This document shows, one piece after another, positions 51,311 through 61,407 of a stretch of 64,000 nucleotides of DNA. Position numbers and translations under genes: made by a program. How positions within the stretch are numbered: the first letter of the stretch is position 1; each line of letters opens with the position of its first letter. A model generated the notes under the pieces. The model saw only the letters and a list, made by a program, of their open reading frames with translations, ran no database searches and had not been told where the DNA came from. Source of the stretch: a virus; the IMG/VR virus record IMGVR_UViG_3300045988_142085, positions 172,115 to 236,114 of that record. One strand, given 5' to 3'.

Positions 51311-52443
51311 TAGAAATCCTTTCTGATGATTTCGATATTTTGTAGAATACCTTCATCTTTAATTTCGGCATCGAATTCAAATACAAATCCATCATTAGTG
51401 CCTTGTCTAGGACGTTGAAGGACTTTTAATTCTTGAATAATTACTGGTCGAATATCTTGACCGGCAGGAGTTTCGTCGACAACGACACCAGGTTGACCGG
51501 CAGTCGCTCTTGTTATTACAGTGCCATCTGCTAATTTAATAGTAGTAGCAGCATTATTAGCATTACCATCTTTCATAATCTTTTCGATTGTTTCAGGTGT
51601 TAATGCAGTTGTCGATGTGTTCCCAGATGCATTTGTTACTTCATTAGATAGACCAAGAGAAGTAGCATCGTTAATCTCGTCTTTTGTCATAGATCCTGGA
51701 GAAGTAGGATTTTGATCGAGATTAACTTTATTGTTATGCATATTACGTTTATAATTATATGGAGCCCAAATAGATACTGGATCTATCTTATGAGGATTTT
51801 CTTCGGCTTTTTCAAGTCGATCTTTAATGCGCTCAGGGCCATCATATGTAAACGTAGCCAATTCAGACCATGCACCAAATTCACCGTCTTTTTCGACGCG
51901 CACTCTAATATAATATTGCTGTTGTTTGTTTAGCTTAGGGAAACTAATTTGTTGTTTATCGACTACTATTGTATTAATTTCAATAGGGTTAAATAAACTA
52001 TTGTCAGCAATTTGGAGCCGATATTCTAATACAGGTTTTCTTCGTTTATCTCGAAGAATTTCTTGCCATTGGCAATTAAAAGTACCGTCAACTAATTCAT
52101 GATTAGCCGGGCTTAAAATTCTAACGTTAGAGTAAATACTCGTATTAAAATATACGTGTCTAATTAAACTAGATTGAAGTTTGGCACCAGTAATATCTTT
52201 AATCGTTCTATTGATATCGAGACGATATTCTTCATTAGGAAGCACATCGTCTAATACAGTAATAATAACGAGCTTTTTACTTGTGCGATATTTTAAACGA
52301 TATATTTTTTGTGATTCAGCATGAACCATAGCGATTGTATCGCTATTAATAGTGTCTGGATCGACATTGCCAGTAAAGAAAAGTTTAATTTGCTTTTCAA
52401 TAGGATTAACGGCCATGTCGACCAAAGCAAATTCTTTAAACAT
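51310..52443 (-). CDS. Hypothetical head or neck protein (377 aa).
   Basis: ORF downstream of the capsid gene block. No recognisable catalytic motifs. Confidence 0.5.
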   Translation of the reverse strand: MFKEFALVDMAVNPIEKQIKLFFTGNVDPDTINSDTIAMVHAESQKIYRLKYRTSKKLVIITVLDDVLPNEEYRLDINRTIKDITGAKLQSSLIRHVYFNTSIYSNVRILSPANHELVDGTFNCQWQEILRDKRRKPVLEYRLQIADNSLFNPIEINTIVVDKQQISFPKLNKQQQYYIRVRVEKDGEFGAWSELATFTYDGPERIKDRLEKAEENPHKIDPVSIWAPYNYKRNMHNNKVNLDQNPTSPGSMTKDEINDATSLGLSNEVTNASGNTSTTALTPETIEKIMKDGNANNAATTIKLADGTVITRATAGQPGVVVDETPAGQDIRPVIIQELKVLQRPRQGTNDGFVFEFDAEIKDEGILQNIEIIRKDF

Positions 52444-52451
52444 GCTACACC

Positions 52452-53033
52452 TTATTTACTAGCTTTTTTGCGACCACGTTTTTTAGGTTTTTCTTCGGAA
52501 GTTTCTTCTTCAGTAGACTCAACTTCTTCAGAAGTTTCTTCAGCTTCTGCTTCAGTTTCTACAGGAGCAACAGTTTCTTCGGTTTTCGCTTCAGGTTCTA
52601 CTTGCAACCCTTCTTGCCCTTTTTCTTGCAAACCATCTTGAGTCACCTCTTCTTTTTTAACTTCGGCAACAAGTGCCTCTGTTTTAACTACAGGAGCTTC
52701 GGCAATAATACCAGCACGTTTAGCTTCTTCTGCTACTTTTTCTTTAGCTTCTTCTGGATTAACAAAGCCAGAGGAAACAATATCATAGTTAGTAGATTTA
52801 ACTAATTTACGGATAAGTGGAGAATATGTACCTTGCTCTGCAGGAAGGATACCATATACTAATACTAAACGACCCATGCGAACGGATTTACGAATATTCG
52901 TTAAATCCATCTTTTCATGAATGAAACCGTAAGGCTCTTTGCGAGATAAACGCATACGAGACAAGCGATCCCAATAGCCAGTTTCTCCAGAGGCCAATTT
53001 AACAATGGCAATTACTTCATGTTGTTGTTTCAT
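52452..53033 (-). CDS. Small head-associated protein (193 aa) with a highly acidic E/T/S-rich region ending in a basic KKRGRKKASK tail.
   Basis: Composition of the C-terminal 70 aa. Located immediately after the MCP terminator. Confidence 0.5.
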   Translation of the reverse strand: MKQQHEVIAIVKLASGETGYWDRLSRMRLSRKEPYGFIHEKMDLTNIRKSVRMGRLVLVYGILPAEQGTYSPLIRKLVKSTNYDIVSSGFVNPEEAKEKVAEEAKRAGIIAEAPVVKTEALVAEVKKEEVTQDGLQEKGQEGLQVEPEAKTEETVAPVETEAEAEETSEEVESTEEETSEEKPKKRGRKKASK

Positions 53034-53056
53034 ATTATATAAATTCCTTTTATTTA

Positions 53057-53095
53057 AATTAAAAAGGAGGAGCTCCGAAAAGCTCCTCCAGTTAA
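53057..53095 (-). terminator. Rho-independent terminator after the candidate major capsid gene.
   Basis: The minus strand reads GGAGGAGC-TTTTCGGA-GCTCCTCC followed by TTTTTAATTT. Perfect 8-bp stem. Confidence 0.65.
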
Positions 53096-53101
53096 CTACT
53101 A

Positions 53102-54325
53102 TTATTCAGTTACACGAACAACAGTTGGACGTGGATAGGATGGCATTGCGGAAATATTTTTAGCAACTGCGATACCTTTACCGTTATCCATGATGCCGAT
53201 ACCATAGCGTTCTTTAGCTTTGATAATACGAACATCGATTTCAGGGTTAGTCCATTTTTCAACGGACAAATCTTCACGTTGTACGATCGCACCAATGTTG
53301 TTGCGGTCGATAACATACATATCAAATGTTTTGTTTTGCTTGTCAAATTTAACGCGAGGGGAAAGAATTACGTTAATTGGCATTGGCAAGTTGAAGCGAG
53401 CTTGAGATTCGTTCAATACGAATTGTTGAGGACCCATATTGTTAGATAAACCAGCGAAACCACCAGTACCTTGAGTTGTACCGAATGGGTTAACATTCAT
53501 AGCACCCATAGCACCGAATGTTAAGCCTTGGCCTACCATTGCGTTACGAGCGAATACTAACCAGCAAAGTGGATGCATGATTACGTCTGTTGGAGTTTTG
53601 TCGTTAGCCATCAAAGCTAAGCACATAGACATAAAGTCTTCAACGGACAATGTGTTGTTAGGCAAGGAATCTTCGCCAAGACCTGTCGTAGCAGCGTCTG
53701 GGTTTTGAGCAGCCAATGCATTATCGAATACGATATGGCCATGTTCGGAGAATTCACGAGCACACCACTCATCTTTATAACGAGCCATAGCGCCACCAAT
53801 ACGGGAAAGGTTAGCTTCCATGATGTCCCAATAAGAGTCCATGATAACTTCTTCGGAAAGAGTTACTTTAAGACCGATTTTTTTAGGACGTACTTCGATG
53901 GAATTGTATTCCAAAGTATTGATTTCTACAGCTTCATCGTTGTAAGCGCCACCTTCGGCAACTTCGTGAGCTTGCAATTCACCAATGATAGGTACTACTA
54001 CAGTACCGTTAGTGTTACCAGCTTGAACTTTAGTGAAGAATGGAGAAATAACAGATTGAGTATCTTCAGCTTCGATCATTTTAGATTCGATGATACGAGG
54101 AACCAAATCAACTACGTCTGTTGTCATAATTGTTTCTTTGATGGAGAAATGTTTGTCGGACAAGTTTTGTTTATTTAATTTGCCGACCATATCTTTCATC
54201 ATGTCATATTTTCTTACGGATTCTGTAATTTTTTCTGGAGACAAGCCTTCTTTTTTAGCAGCTTCAACAGCAGCAGAACGCTTCGTATTAACATCTTCCA
54301 AAAATTCTTTAATATTGATAGCCAT
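53102..54325 (-). CDS. Candidate major capsid protein (407 aa, HK97-like).
   Basis: Size and composition typical of HK97-fold MCPs. AGGAG SD. Followed by a strong terminator, as is usual for the most abundant virion protein. Sits downstream of the portal and scaffold genes. Confidence 0.5.
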   Translation of the reverse strand: MAINIKEFLEDVNTKRSAAVEAAKKEGLSPEKITESVRKYDMMKDMVGKLNKQNLSDKHFSIKETIMTTDVVDLVPRIIESKMIEAEDTQSVISPFFTKVQAGNTNGTVVVPIIGELQAHEVAEGGAYNDEAVEINTLEYNSIEVRPKKIGLKVTLSEEVIMDSYWDIMEANLSRIGGAMARYKDEWCAREFSEHGHIVFDNALAAQNPDAATTGLGEDSLPNNTLSVEDFMSMCLALMANDKTPTDVIMHPLCWLVFARNAMVGQGLTFGAMGAMNVNPFGTTQGTGGFAGLSNNMGPQQFVLNESQARFNLPMPINVILSPRVKFDKQNKTFDMYVIDRNNIGAIVQREDLSVEKWTNPEIDVRIIKAKERYGIGIMDNGKGIAVAKNISAMPSYPRPTVVRVTE

Positions 54326-54343
54326 TATTATGCGTTACTCCTA

Positions 54344-55933
54344 TTATTTTTGCAACAATACTTTAACTGCGCCTACACAGCCGTCCCAATCCATGAATGT
54401 AGGAACACCTGCAAGACCTTCACGAGTATAAGAAACTTTCACGTCAACAGTTTCTTTAGGACCTGCTTTAATAATAGCGTCAGCTGCAGCACGATCTACA
54501 ACTTTAAGACGAAGCAAGTTGTCTTCTGTATTATAGTGAACTACTTCGAATGCATTAGCGATCAAACCACCTTTTACTACAGGAGTATAAGCGGAACCGT
54601 TAATGGAAATTTGAAGTGTGCCAGGTTTTACAAAACGATCTGGAACTTGGAAGTTGAAATCTAAGTATTCTTTACCAGCTTCAGCAGCATGCATTTGACC
54701 TACGAGAACGTCTTTAAGTTCAGTAGATGCAACATTGCGGCCATCAGTCAAGCCAGGAATACCGATGTATTCATATTTAGCACCCATACGAGAATCGTAA
54801 ATGTCCAATTTGTTATTGGAAGCATTCATATTCAAGTCATGGTTAGAATACAAGGAATTATATTCGTAGTTATCCATGCCACGGAAGTAAGCATAATCTT
54901 CGTAAACATCTTCACCACGACGGTAAGAACGACCATAACCATCAGCTGCATATTGAGCCAATTCTTCTTGATCGCCAATAGCCCATTTCATCCATTTAGT
55001 GGAACCTTCAGGAACCAAGTTAGGATTTACTTCATGTACTTGACCAATAACTTGTTGACGTTCAAATTCAACTTCAGCAGGAGTCATAGCAGCAAGAAGA
55101 GTTTCGTCGGATAATGGAGATTTAACGACACGGCCGTTTTCATCAGATTTAACTAGGTCACCAGGCAAGAATGCGCCGTATGCAGAACCCCAAGGGTTTT
55201 GTTCAGCTTTATCTTTGAACAAGAAATGAGGCAATTCTACCATTACGTCAGTTTTAATAGCGCCAGGAGTCATGCCATTCCAAGCGTTTTCATCACGAGT
55301 AGCTTCGTTACGGGACATAATACCGATAGGCACGTTACCAGCACGATGAGCCAAGGAAACTTTGCCGTTTTCTTTCAAAAGACCAGTAGCTTTGTCTTTT
55401 TCTAAACCAGCATCAGTAGCCAAAGTGCGAGGACCTTTACCACCAGCGAATGGTTGATAGAAATCAGCAGTATAAGCAGCTGCATTTACTGGAGTCCATT
55501 CAATATCGATATTTTCCAATGGTTTGCCAGCACCGACAGGAGATACTAAACCTGTAGCAGCATTATAAGTATCGCCAACTTTACGCAAACGAACAGGAGA
55601 ACCGCCGTTAGCAAGTGTCAATACGTTTAAGAAAATTTCAGGATTTTCTTTTGCAGCTTTTACGTCAGGATCTACGGCTACGATACGACCTTTTGGAATA
55701 ACCAATTGGTTGTACATTTCAGCGTAGTTATAACGGAAAGCAACTGGCAAACGAGAATCCAACCAATAAGATACGTTAGAAGTGTCATGGTTTGCAGTGT
55801 TCAAGCGAACTTGAGTGCGTGTTACACGACGTTCTTCATTATTGAAAGCTTTGAAACCAAGGCCTTTGAATACTTTACCGTTAGAACCAGTGGTGAAACG
55901 ATTAGGGCCTTTACCAAGATCAAAATTAGGCAT
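54344..55933 (-). CDS. Capsid-associated protein (529 aa). Alternative MCP candidate, or a vertex or decoration protein.
   Basis: AAGGAG SD. Lies between the scaffold-like gene and the 407-aa gene. Gly/Asn-rich globular composition. Confidence 0.45.
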   Translation of the reverse strand: MPNFDLGKGPNRFTTGSNGKVFKGLGFKAFNNEERRVTRTQVRLNTANHDTSNVSYWLDSRLPVAFRYNYAEMYNQLVIPKGRIVAVDPDVKAAKENPEIFLNVLTLANGGSPVRLRKVGDTYNAATGLVSPVGAGKPLENIDIEWTPVNAAAYTADFYQPFAGGKGPRTLATDAGLEKDKATGLLKENGKVSLAHRAGNVPIGIMSRNEATRDENAWNGMTPGAIKTDVMVELPHFLFKDKAEQNPWGSAYGAFLPGDLVKSDENGRVVKSPLSDETLLAAMTPAEVEFERQQVIGQVHEVNPNLVPEGSTKWMKWAIGDQEELAQYAADGYGRSYRRGEDVYEDYAYFRGMDNYEYNSLYSNHDLNMNASNNKLDIYDSRMGAKYEYIGIPGLTDGRNVASTELKDVLVGQMHAAEAGKEYLDFNFQVPDRFVKPGTLQISINGSAYTPVVKGGLIANAFEVVHYNTEDNLLRLKVVDRAAADAIIKAGPKETVDVKVSYTREGLAGVPTFMDWDGCVGAVKVLLQK

Positions 55934-55951
55934 TGTTAATAGAGCTCCTTA

Positions 55952-57157
55952 TTATTTAAAATATTTGTAAAGATCGGATAAGGATTCAGTAACTTCGACA
56001 GTTGGCTTAACCTCAGTTTTCTTTACAGGATCTTCGACTTTGGAAGTGGAAAGTTCAATTGTTTTAATTTTTTCTTCCAAGGATTCTTTTACAGCTGTTA
56101 CGTTTTCTTGTAAAGCTTTTTCGCTTTCAGAGCGCAAAGTTTCAAGACCTTCTTTAACAGTTTTTACAGAATCAATTGCTTCTTGCAATTCTTCTTTAGA
56201 AGATACAACAGCTTGAAGTTGTTCGCGAACTTCATTTTTATAAGCTAAGAAATCGGAAGCTAAATTCTTATAATCTTTTTCTACTTGTTCTTTAGCTTGA
56301 ATAAGCTCTTGAACTTGAGCAGCAAGTTCTTCGAATTTTTTATCTTCGGATTCTTTAACCTCAGTAGGTTCTTCAACTTTAGCTGGAGCTTCTTTTTCTT
56401 CAGCAGGAGCTGGAGTTTGTTCAGCAGATTCTTTTACTTCGACTTCTGCTGGAGTTACTTTAGGTTCTTTTTCCATGTGTTCTTTAACGACAATTTTATT
56501 GCCGTCGTGTTCTCCTTCTAATGAGCTAATAGGAAGAACCGGTTCAACTTGAGCCGGCTCTGCATTATCATCATATACTTTAATATTCTTAGCATATGCA
56601 TCAGATGGAACAATAACGTAAGATAGCTCTTTAGGTTCTAATTTCTTAAAGTCCCAATAGCACATCTCACCGTCATATTTAGTTCCTCGAGCATGCTCGC
56701 ACAATCCGTCGTTCGCTAAATCTTGTCCACAAATAGAACAACGAACTTCGTCGCCACGAGCGCCAATGCTTACAGTATCTAACAAACCATTTTTAACTTC
56801 TTCTTGAGCGTCAGGCGTTAAAATATCGGCAGTTAATACTAATGCTTTCGTGCCAGGTAATCGTTGAGATTCCTTAATTTCGGCATTAATAACACGACCG
56901 ATTGTTTCACCATCTTCGTCGTTATGATGTTTAATAACTGGAATGTTATAAGGATAAGTCCATTTATGCAACGACTCTCTCATAGCAGATTCGTAATAAC
57001 GTGTATCATTACGAGTAGCATACGGATAAAAATGTAATGCTTCGATATCTACTTTTAATCCTTTAGCTTTAACGTTGTTAGATAAAGAATGAGAGTGTGC
57101 GACTGCGGACTCTTTTACGTCTACAGGATTAAACCCAAGATATTCACGGAATTCCAT
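55952..57157 (-). CDS. Scaffolding-like protein (401 aa): N-terminal Cys-containing globular domain (possible prohead protease or zinc-binding domain) plus a C-terminal acidic coiled coil.
   Basis: The C-terminal 200 aa are E/K/A/V-rich heptad repeats typical of scaffolds. The N-terminus carries CSICGQDLANDGLCEH. The gene is directly downstream of the portal. Confidence 0.5.
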   Translation of the reverse strand: MEFREYLGFNPVDVKESAVAHSHSLSNNVKAKGLKVDIEALHFYPYATRNDTRYYESAMRESLHKWTYPYNIPVIKHHNDEDGETIGRVINAEIKESQRLPGTKALVLTADILTPDAQEEVKNGLLDTVSIGARGDEVRCSICGQDLANDGLCEHARGTKYDGEMCYWDFKKLEPKELSYVIVPSDAYAKNIKVYDDNAEPAQVEPVLPISSLEGEHDGNKIVVKEHMEKEPKVTPAEVEVKESAEQTPAPAEEKEAPAKVEEPTEVKESEDKKFEELAAQVQELIQAKEQVEKDYKNLASDFLAYKNEVREQLQAVVSSKEELQEAIDSVKTVKEGLETLRSESEKALQENVTAVKESLEEKIKTIELSTSKVEDPVKKTEVKPTVEVTESLSDLYKYFK

Positions 57158-57159
57158 GT

Positions 57160-59235
57160 TTATCCTTTCATTATCGGTTTAATTGAGCACTTACAATATG
57201 GAGTGTAAGCTGGAATATCTTCGATAGTAATCTTATCGATATCGAAATGGGTCATGCGGCCATTTTGATGATCGCTATTCTCGAACTGAATTTCGATTGT
57301 TTTTATACCGTCGGTTTTACATTGTTGAACGTAATTCCACCAGTAAGCTTTCTTCGTGAGATAATCACATAAGAATCTTAATCGATATTCTGTTTTCGAG
57401 AGTTGATTATCGATGTATATTTTATCTTTATTGTTTTTTGTCGTAGATTTTAAATCTTCGACTATCTTATTAATTTTTTTTGAAGAATAGTCTTCAAATG
57501 AATCGACTATCGGATCAATTATCTTTCCATTAGTTTTATTGTTCGCATGTGAATCGTTAACACCACGCCTTGCGGACTCTGCTAAATGTTTATTTAACTT
57601 TTTCAAGAGTTCGGTAACTACAGGCTTTGTAGAGCCACGACTCGCCAATATATTACCTAGTCGATTGTAACTTGCGTGTATATCGCTAAAATTTTTCTCA
57701 TAATCTTTAATATTGTCTTCCATAGACTCCTTAATTACGAACTCTTTTGCAGCAGGATTGTCTTGGATTGTATTCTGATTTTGAGGATTTGCATCGTTAG
57801 AGAAATATTTATTCGGAGTCGATTGTTTCTTTTTTCCGTTGAAGCTACGTTCATCTAAGCCGTCATTACTTGTTTGCTGAGAAGATTGTAACTGCATAGT
57901 TTCTTTAGACGCCTTAATAGATGCATCTGCTTGTGCATCGATTTGTTCCAACTGAGATTCTAGTGTAACTTTAAATGCATACATATCTGTTTCAGAAACT
58001 TCGTTATCGAAACCAAGTTCACGACGAGCTTCTTCAAGCGTAATAACATTACCTTGATATTTTTGAATCGTATGAGATTCAACTTTAATTTTTGTATCGA
58101 TCGATACTTCGTTAAAGTCGAAGAATACATAATCGTCTTTATTAGTTAGTGGATTGAATCCACCTTCTAATAATAATTCCGAGAATAAATATTTTTCGAT
58201 GAAAGCAGAAATTATATTCTGGAACGCTTTTACTTCGTCATGCATTAATGCTTCCGTATTATCGGCTGAGGATTGTCCACCACCTCGACCCATCGAAGAT
58301 TTTGAAGCATTGAGACCAGTAAAAATACGTTGTTCCATATAGTCTAAGAATTTTAATAATTCATTAGCTTTCATATCTGGAGTAACGGACGTAATCGTCG
58401 TTCTTTCATTCGTTACGATAAAGCCATCATTTGGCATATCTTGAAAAGCATTTCTTGCATCGTCAATTTCTTTTTGTGTCGCATATTGACCTTCAGCAAC
58501 ATTACCTACTTTTATATGCAAAATAGGAGTGGCGAAACGATATAATATCGTCATAACCAATCCTTCAGCTTTCCGCAACATGGATGCATCCTCTAGAACT
58601 GTAAACATTCTAGAGGTACCATATTCGGCGTTATTCATTTTGTCAATATACAAGTGAATTACGTCGTTCGGAGAATATTCTTCTCCGTCGATAAGGTAAT
58701 GATCAATTCTTCCATCGTCTCCTCGCTGTATTGTTACACTGCAAGGATCTGCTAAGAATAAACCAGAGATTGCTCCGCCTTTATAAATTTGATCTGCTTT
58801 AATTCCAAATTTTTGCGTATCATTATCTCTAGTTTTAATTATATACGAATTTGAGAAAGTATACAAGTCTTTCGCAATAGAAGTTATTAAGACATAAAAA
58901 GGAATTTTAGAACGAAATTCTATAATACGTAATCTATCATTAATATAATCAGCTGCTGCTTCATTTTTAGATTTAATTTGATAACCAGCTTTAGTAATTA
59001 ATTGAGAAAACTTTCTAATTGCTACCGATAAATATGAATCGGTAAGGATTGCATTTTTAATTCTTTCTAAATCGTATGTACGAGAACCTGGATTAGTTCC
59101 TCGTCGATTAAATTGACCGAAAGCAATAGCCTTCGCTTTAATAAGATTTTCCTTAACAGTGCTAACTGCTCTGCCAAGTACCGAATCTTTTTTCTTCTTC
59201 GGCTGTTCAGCCTCATAGAAATCTGATATTTTCAT
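57160..59235 (-). CDS. Candidate portal protein (691 aa).
   Basis: Large ORF located between the terminase/CHAP genes and the scaffold/capsid genes. Size consistent with portals of large phages. No direct motif verification possible. Confidence 0.45.
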   Translation of the reverse strand: MKISDFYEAEQPKKKKDSVLGRAVSTVKENLIKAKAIAFGQFNRRGTNPGSRTYDLERIKNAILTDSYLSVAIRKFSQLITKAGYQIKSKNEAAADYINDRLRIIEFRSKIPFYVLITSIAKDLYTFSNSYIIKTRDNDTQKFGIKADQIYKGGAISGLFLADPCSVTIQRGDDGRIDHYLIDGEEYSPNDVIHLYIDKMNNAEYGTSRMFTVLEDASMLRKAEGLVMTILYRFATPILHIKVGNVAEGQYATQKEIDDARNAFQDMPNDGFIVTNERTTITSVTPDMKANELLKFLDYMEQRIFTGLNASKSSMGRGGGQSSADNTEALMHDEVKAFQNIISAFIEKYLFSELLLEGGFNPLTNKDDYVFFDFNEVSIDTKIKVESHTIQKYQGNVITLEEARRELGFDNEVSETDMYAFKVTLESQLEQIDAQADASIKASKETMQLQSSQQTSNDGLDERSFNGKKKQSTPNKYFSNDANPQNQNTIQDNPAAKEFVIKESMEDNIKDYEKNFSDIHASYNRLGNILASRGSTKPVVTELLKKLNKHLAESARRGVNDSHANNKTNGKIIDPIVDSFEDYSSKKINKIVEDLKSTTKNNKDKIYIDNQLSKTEYRLRFLCDYLTKKAYWWNYVQQCKTDGIKTIEIQFENSDHQNGRMTHFDIDKITIEDIPAYTPYCKCSIKPIMKG

Positions 59236-60816
59236 TTATTTTCCTTGTAATGGAATAAACCCGGCATAATTTGTCCATCCCATTTGTGTATAATCACTAC
59301 CATGGACACCTTGATTTTGAGAAGACGAGTTTCCATAATAACCGCCTTGACCATCGGCGATAACGACATGGTTATAACCATTACTATTATTATAGTATAC
59401 TATGATATCGCCTTTTGCTGGCGTACCGCTAGTTACAAAACTCAACCCAGCGGCTCTAGCGTTTGTCATTATATCATCTACATTAACAGTGCCTTTAGAT
59501 AATTCATTAGACAAGAATTTAGAATAATATGAGCCAAACTTTGTTACGAATTCTACGCAACCATTAGACCCGTTAGCCATAGTAGAGCCTACTAAACCAG
59601 ATGCAACTGCTTTTGTAAAGTCTGTATCGATTACTCCAGTGCCGCCACTACCATTTATAATTCTATCAGATAACGAACCAGGTTTCAAGTTACCATAATT
59701 ACCGGTACTAGACAATCCATTAGCACCAACTTTACCAGGATCAGGAGCTAAATTATTTAAATAAAAGACTGGATCTGGTTCTGGCGTCTTTTCAAATGGA
59801 TTGATGCCGTTATTAATTAAAACACCTTTAGCAAATGCACTGTTAACCGTTAAATCAAATACGTCTTTCGTTAATTCTGTCGACGACATTAATAATTTAT
59901 TATATTGATATACACTATTAACATACTTCTGATCGTATACGGCACGATTTTCTCGTAAAAAATCATTTTCGTATTGACTCAACATTGTCGGGCAATACGA
60001 TAAGAATTCATGATTATAATATTCTTGACGTGTTTGAGCAGCCGCTTCGATCGCTCGCATAAATTTAATTAATTCATCGGCGCCGTATAATTTAGCCATC
60101 ATTTTAGCTTTTTCTCGAATCATTAAATCATTTCGAACAATGCTATCATGTGCTACTTTACATTTCTTACCTGAGACTGTTTTAACGGCTAATCCATCGA
60201 ATACTAATAATAGTATCGTTAAATCTTCTGCGCCACATAACTGAACGGCATGAAACATTTTAGATAAATAATCTTGAAGATAGTCTTTTAATTTATCTAT
60301 CCAGTGTTTCTTAATCCGAACCAGATTACTCTTCGTCCATCGATATACGAGCTTATCGATCTTTTCGGATGGTTCTTGTTTAATATCGACAATCGGAACA
60401 TCGGGGAACCCGAATGGGTCATCATTATCTGATTGCGGCTTAGGAGCAATAGGTTTCGATGTCTCCGGAATTTTAGGCTCTACCGAAATAAAATTATTCG
60501 GGTCTTCCGGTTCCGGAGGATAAGGAGTTTCTGGATCTGGAGGATCGATACGAATTATCGTATCGGTAGTAATTGTTACAATCATCGTCTCGATAATCGG
60601 CTTAATTTGAATCGGAAAGTATGGTAATAAATTATACACCGTCTTTAAGTCGGCCAATAATTCATCGACTTCACTTTTCTTAACTTCTTCTGACGGTGTC
60701 CAAGGAATAGGATCGTTAAATACTCTAGAAGGAGTTTTTTCAAAAGTGGCGTCACTTTCATAATGTCGTTTAGGCTGTATATCGGGACGATAAATAATTT
60801 TATTATTGTCTTCCAT
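59236..60816 (-). CDS. Virion-associated peptidoglycan hydrolase candidate (526 aa) with a C-terminal CHAP (Cys/His amidohydrolase/peptidase) domain and a Pro-rich linker.
   Basis: The C-terminus reads ...NGSNGCVEFVTKFGSYYSK...GDIIVYYNNSNGYNHVVIADG..., which is a CHAP-like Cys...His arrangement. There is a DPPDPETPYPPEPEDP linker. Encoded between the terminase and portal genes. Confidence 0.55.
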   Translation of the reverse strand: MEDNNKIIYRPDIQPKRHYESDATFEKTPSRVFNDPIPWTPSEEVKKSEVDELLADLKTVYNLLPYFPIQIKPIIETMIVTITTDTIIRIDPPDPETPYPPEPEDPNNFISVEPKIPETSKPIAPKPQSDNDDPFGFPDVPIVDIKQEPSEKIDKLVYRWTKSNLVRIKKHWIDKLKDYLQDYLSKMFHAVQLCGAEDLTILLLVFDGLAVKTVSGKKCKVAHDSIVRNDLMIREKAKMMAKLYGADELIKFMRAIEAAAQTRQEYYNHEFLSYCPTMLSQYENDFLRENRAVYDQKYVNSVYQYNKLLMSSTELTKDVFDLTVNSAFAKGVLINNGINPFEKTPEPDPVFYLNNLAPDPGKVGANGLSSTGNYGNLKPGSLSDRIINGSGGTGVIDTDFTKAVASGLVGSTMANGSNGCVEFVTKFGSYYSKFLSNELSKGTVNVDDIMTNARAAGLSFVTSGTPAKGDIIVYYNNSNGYNHVVIADGQGGYYGNSSSQNQGVHGSDYTQMGWTNYAGFIPLQGK

Positions 60817-60822
60817 ATTTTC

Positions 60823-61407
60823 CTAAAATAATGTACGACTAAATTTATTTCGTGTATGAGATAATCTTCTCGATGGGCGATCGAATGATTCGCCGGGGCC
60901 TAGCTTACGCCAAGCTTCATCAGAAGACTCATACGTTTTCTTTTTATCTTCCCAAGGATTATCTAAATCTCGTTTTTCATATGTCGGTAATACCGTACCT
61001 CTATTAATGGAATATACAATATCGTGAGACGCTTTTTTAACGAGTTTAGTTAATTCAGGGAAATGTTCTACGAATGCTAAATAAGCAAGTCCTAACGCAT
61101 CGACAAAATGTTCGTTATTACTATTATATACCGGAACACCGGCCGCCGTAATCTTTTCGACACGATAATCGATCAATTGTTTAAAAATTACGTTATCGTA
61201 AGGACTCATAATTAAATTACCGCGCTCAATAAGAATAGATAACTGATTTACCATAAACGGTTTCAAGTGTTTCTTTTCTAAAGTACCTGTAACAGGATCT
61301 TGAACGTCGATTTTCTCTGAGAACATCCAGCCTTTAACCTTTTTATCGAGTCCAGTTTCTGGATGTTGTTTACCATAAATCTTAAGAGACTCCATCTGAT
61401 ACTCCAC
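60823..61407 (-). CDS. terL: Terminase large subunit, last exon (C-terminal nuclease-domain end).
   Basis: Contains NEHFVDALGLAYLAF, the conserved terminal Asp-containing helix of RNase H-like terminase nucleases. Preceded by a ~240-nt structured non-coding intron. Confidence 0.55.
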   Translation of the reverse strand: MEYQMESLKIYGKQHPETGLDKKVKGWMFSEKIDVQDPVTGTLEKKHLKPFMVNQLSILIERGNLIMSPYDNVIFKQLIDYRVEKITAAGVPVYNSNNEHFVDALGLAYLAFVEHFPELTKLVKKASHDIVYSINRGTVLPTYEKRDLDNPWEDKKKTYESSDEAWRKLGPGESFDRPSRRLSHTRNKFSRTLF

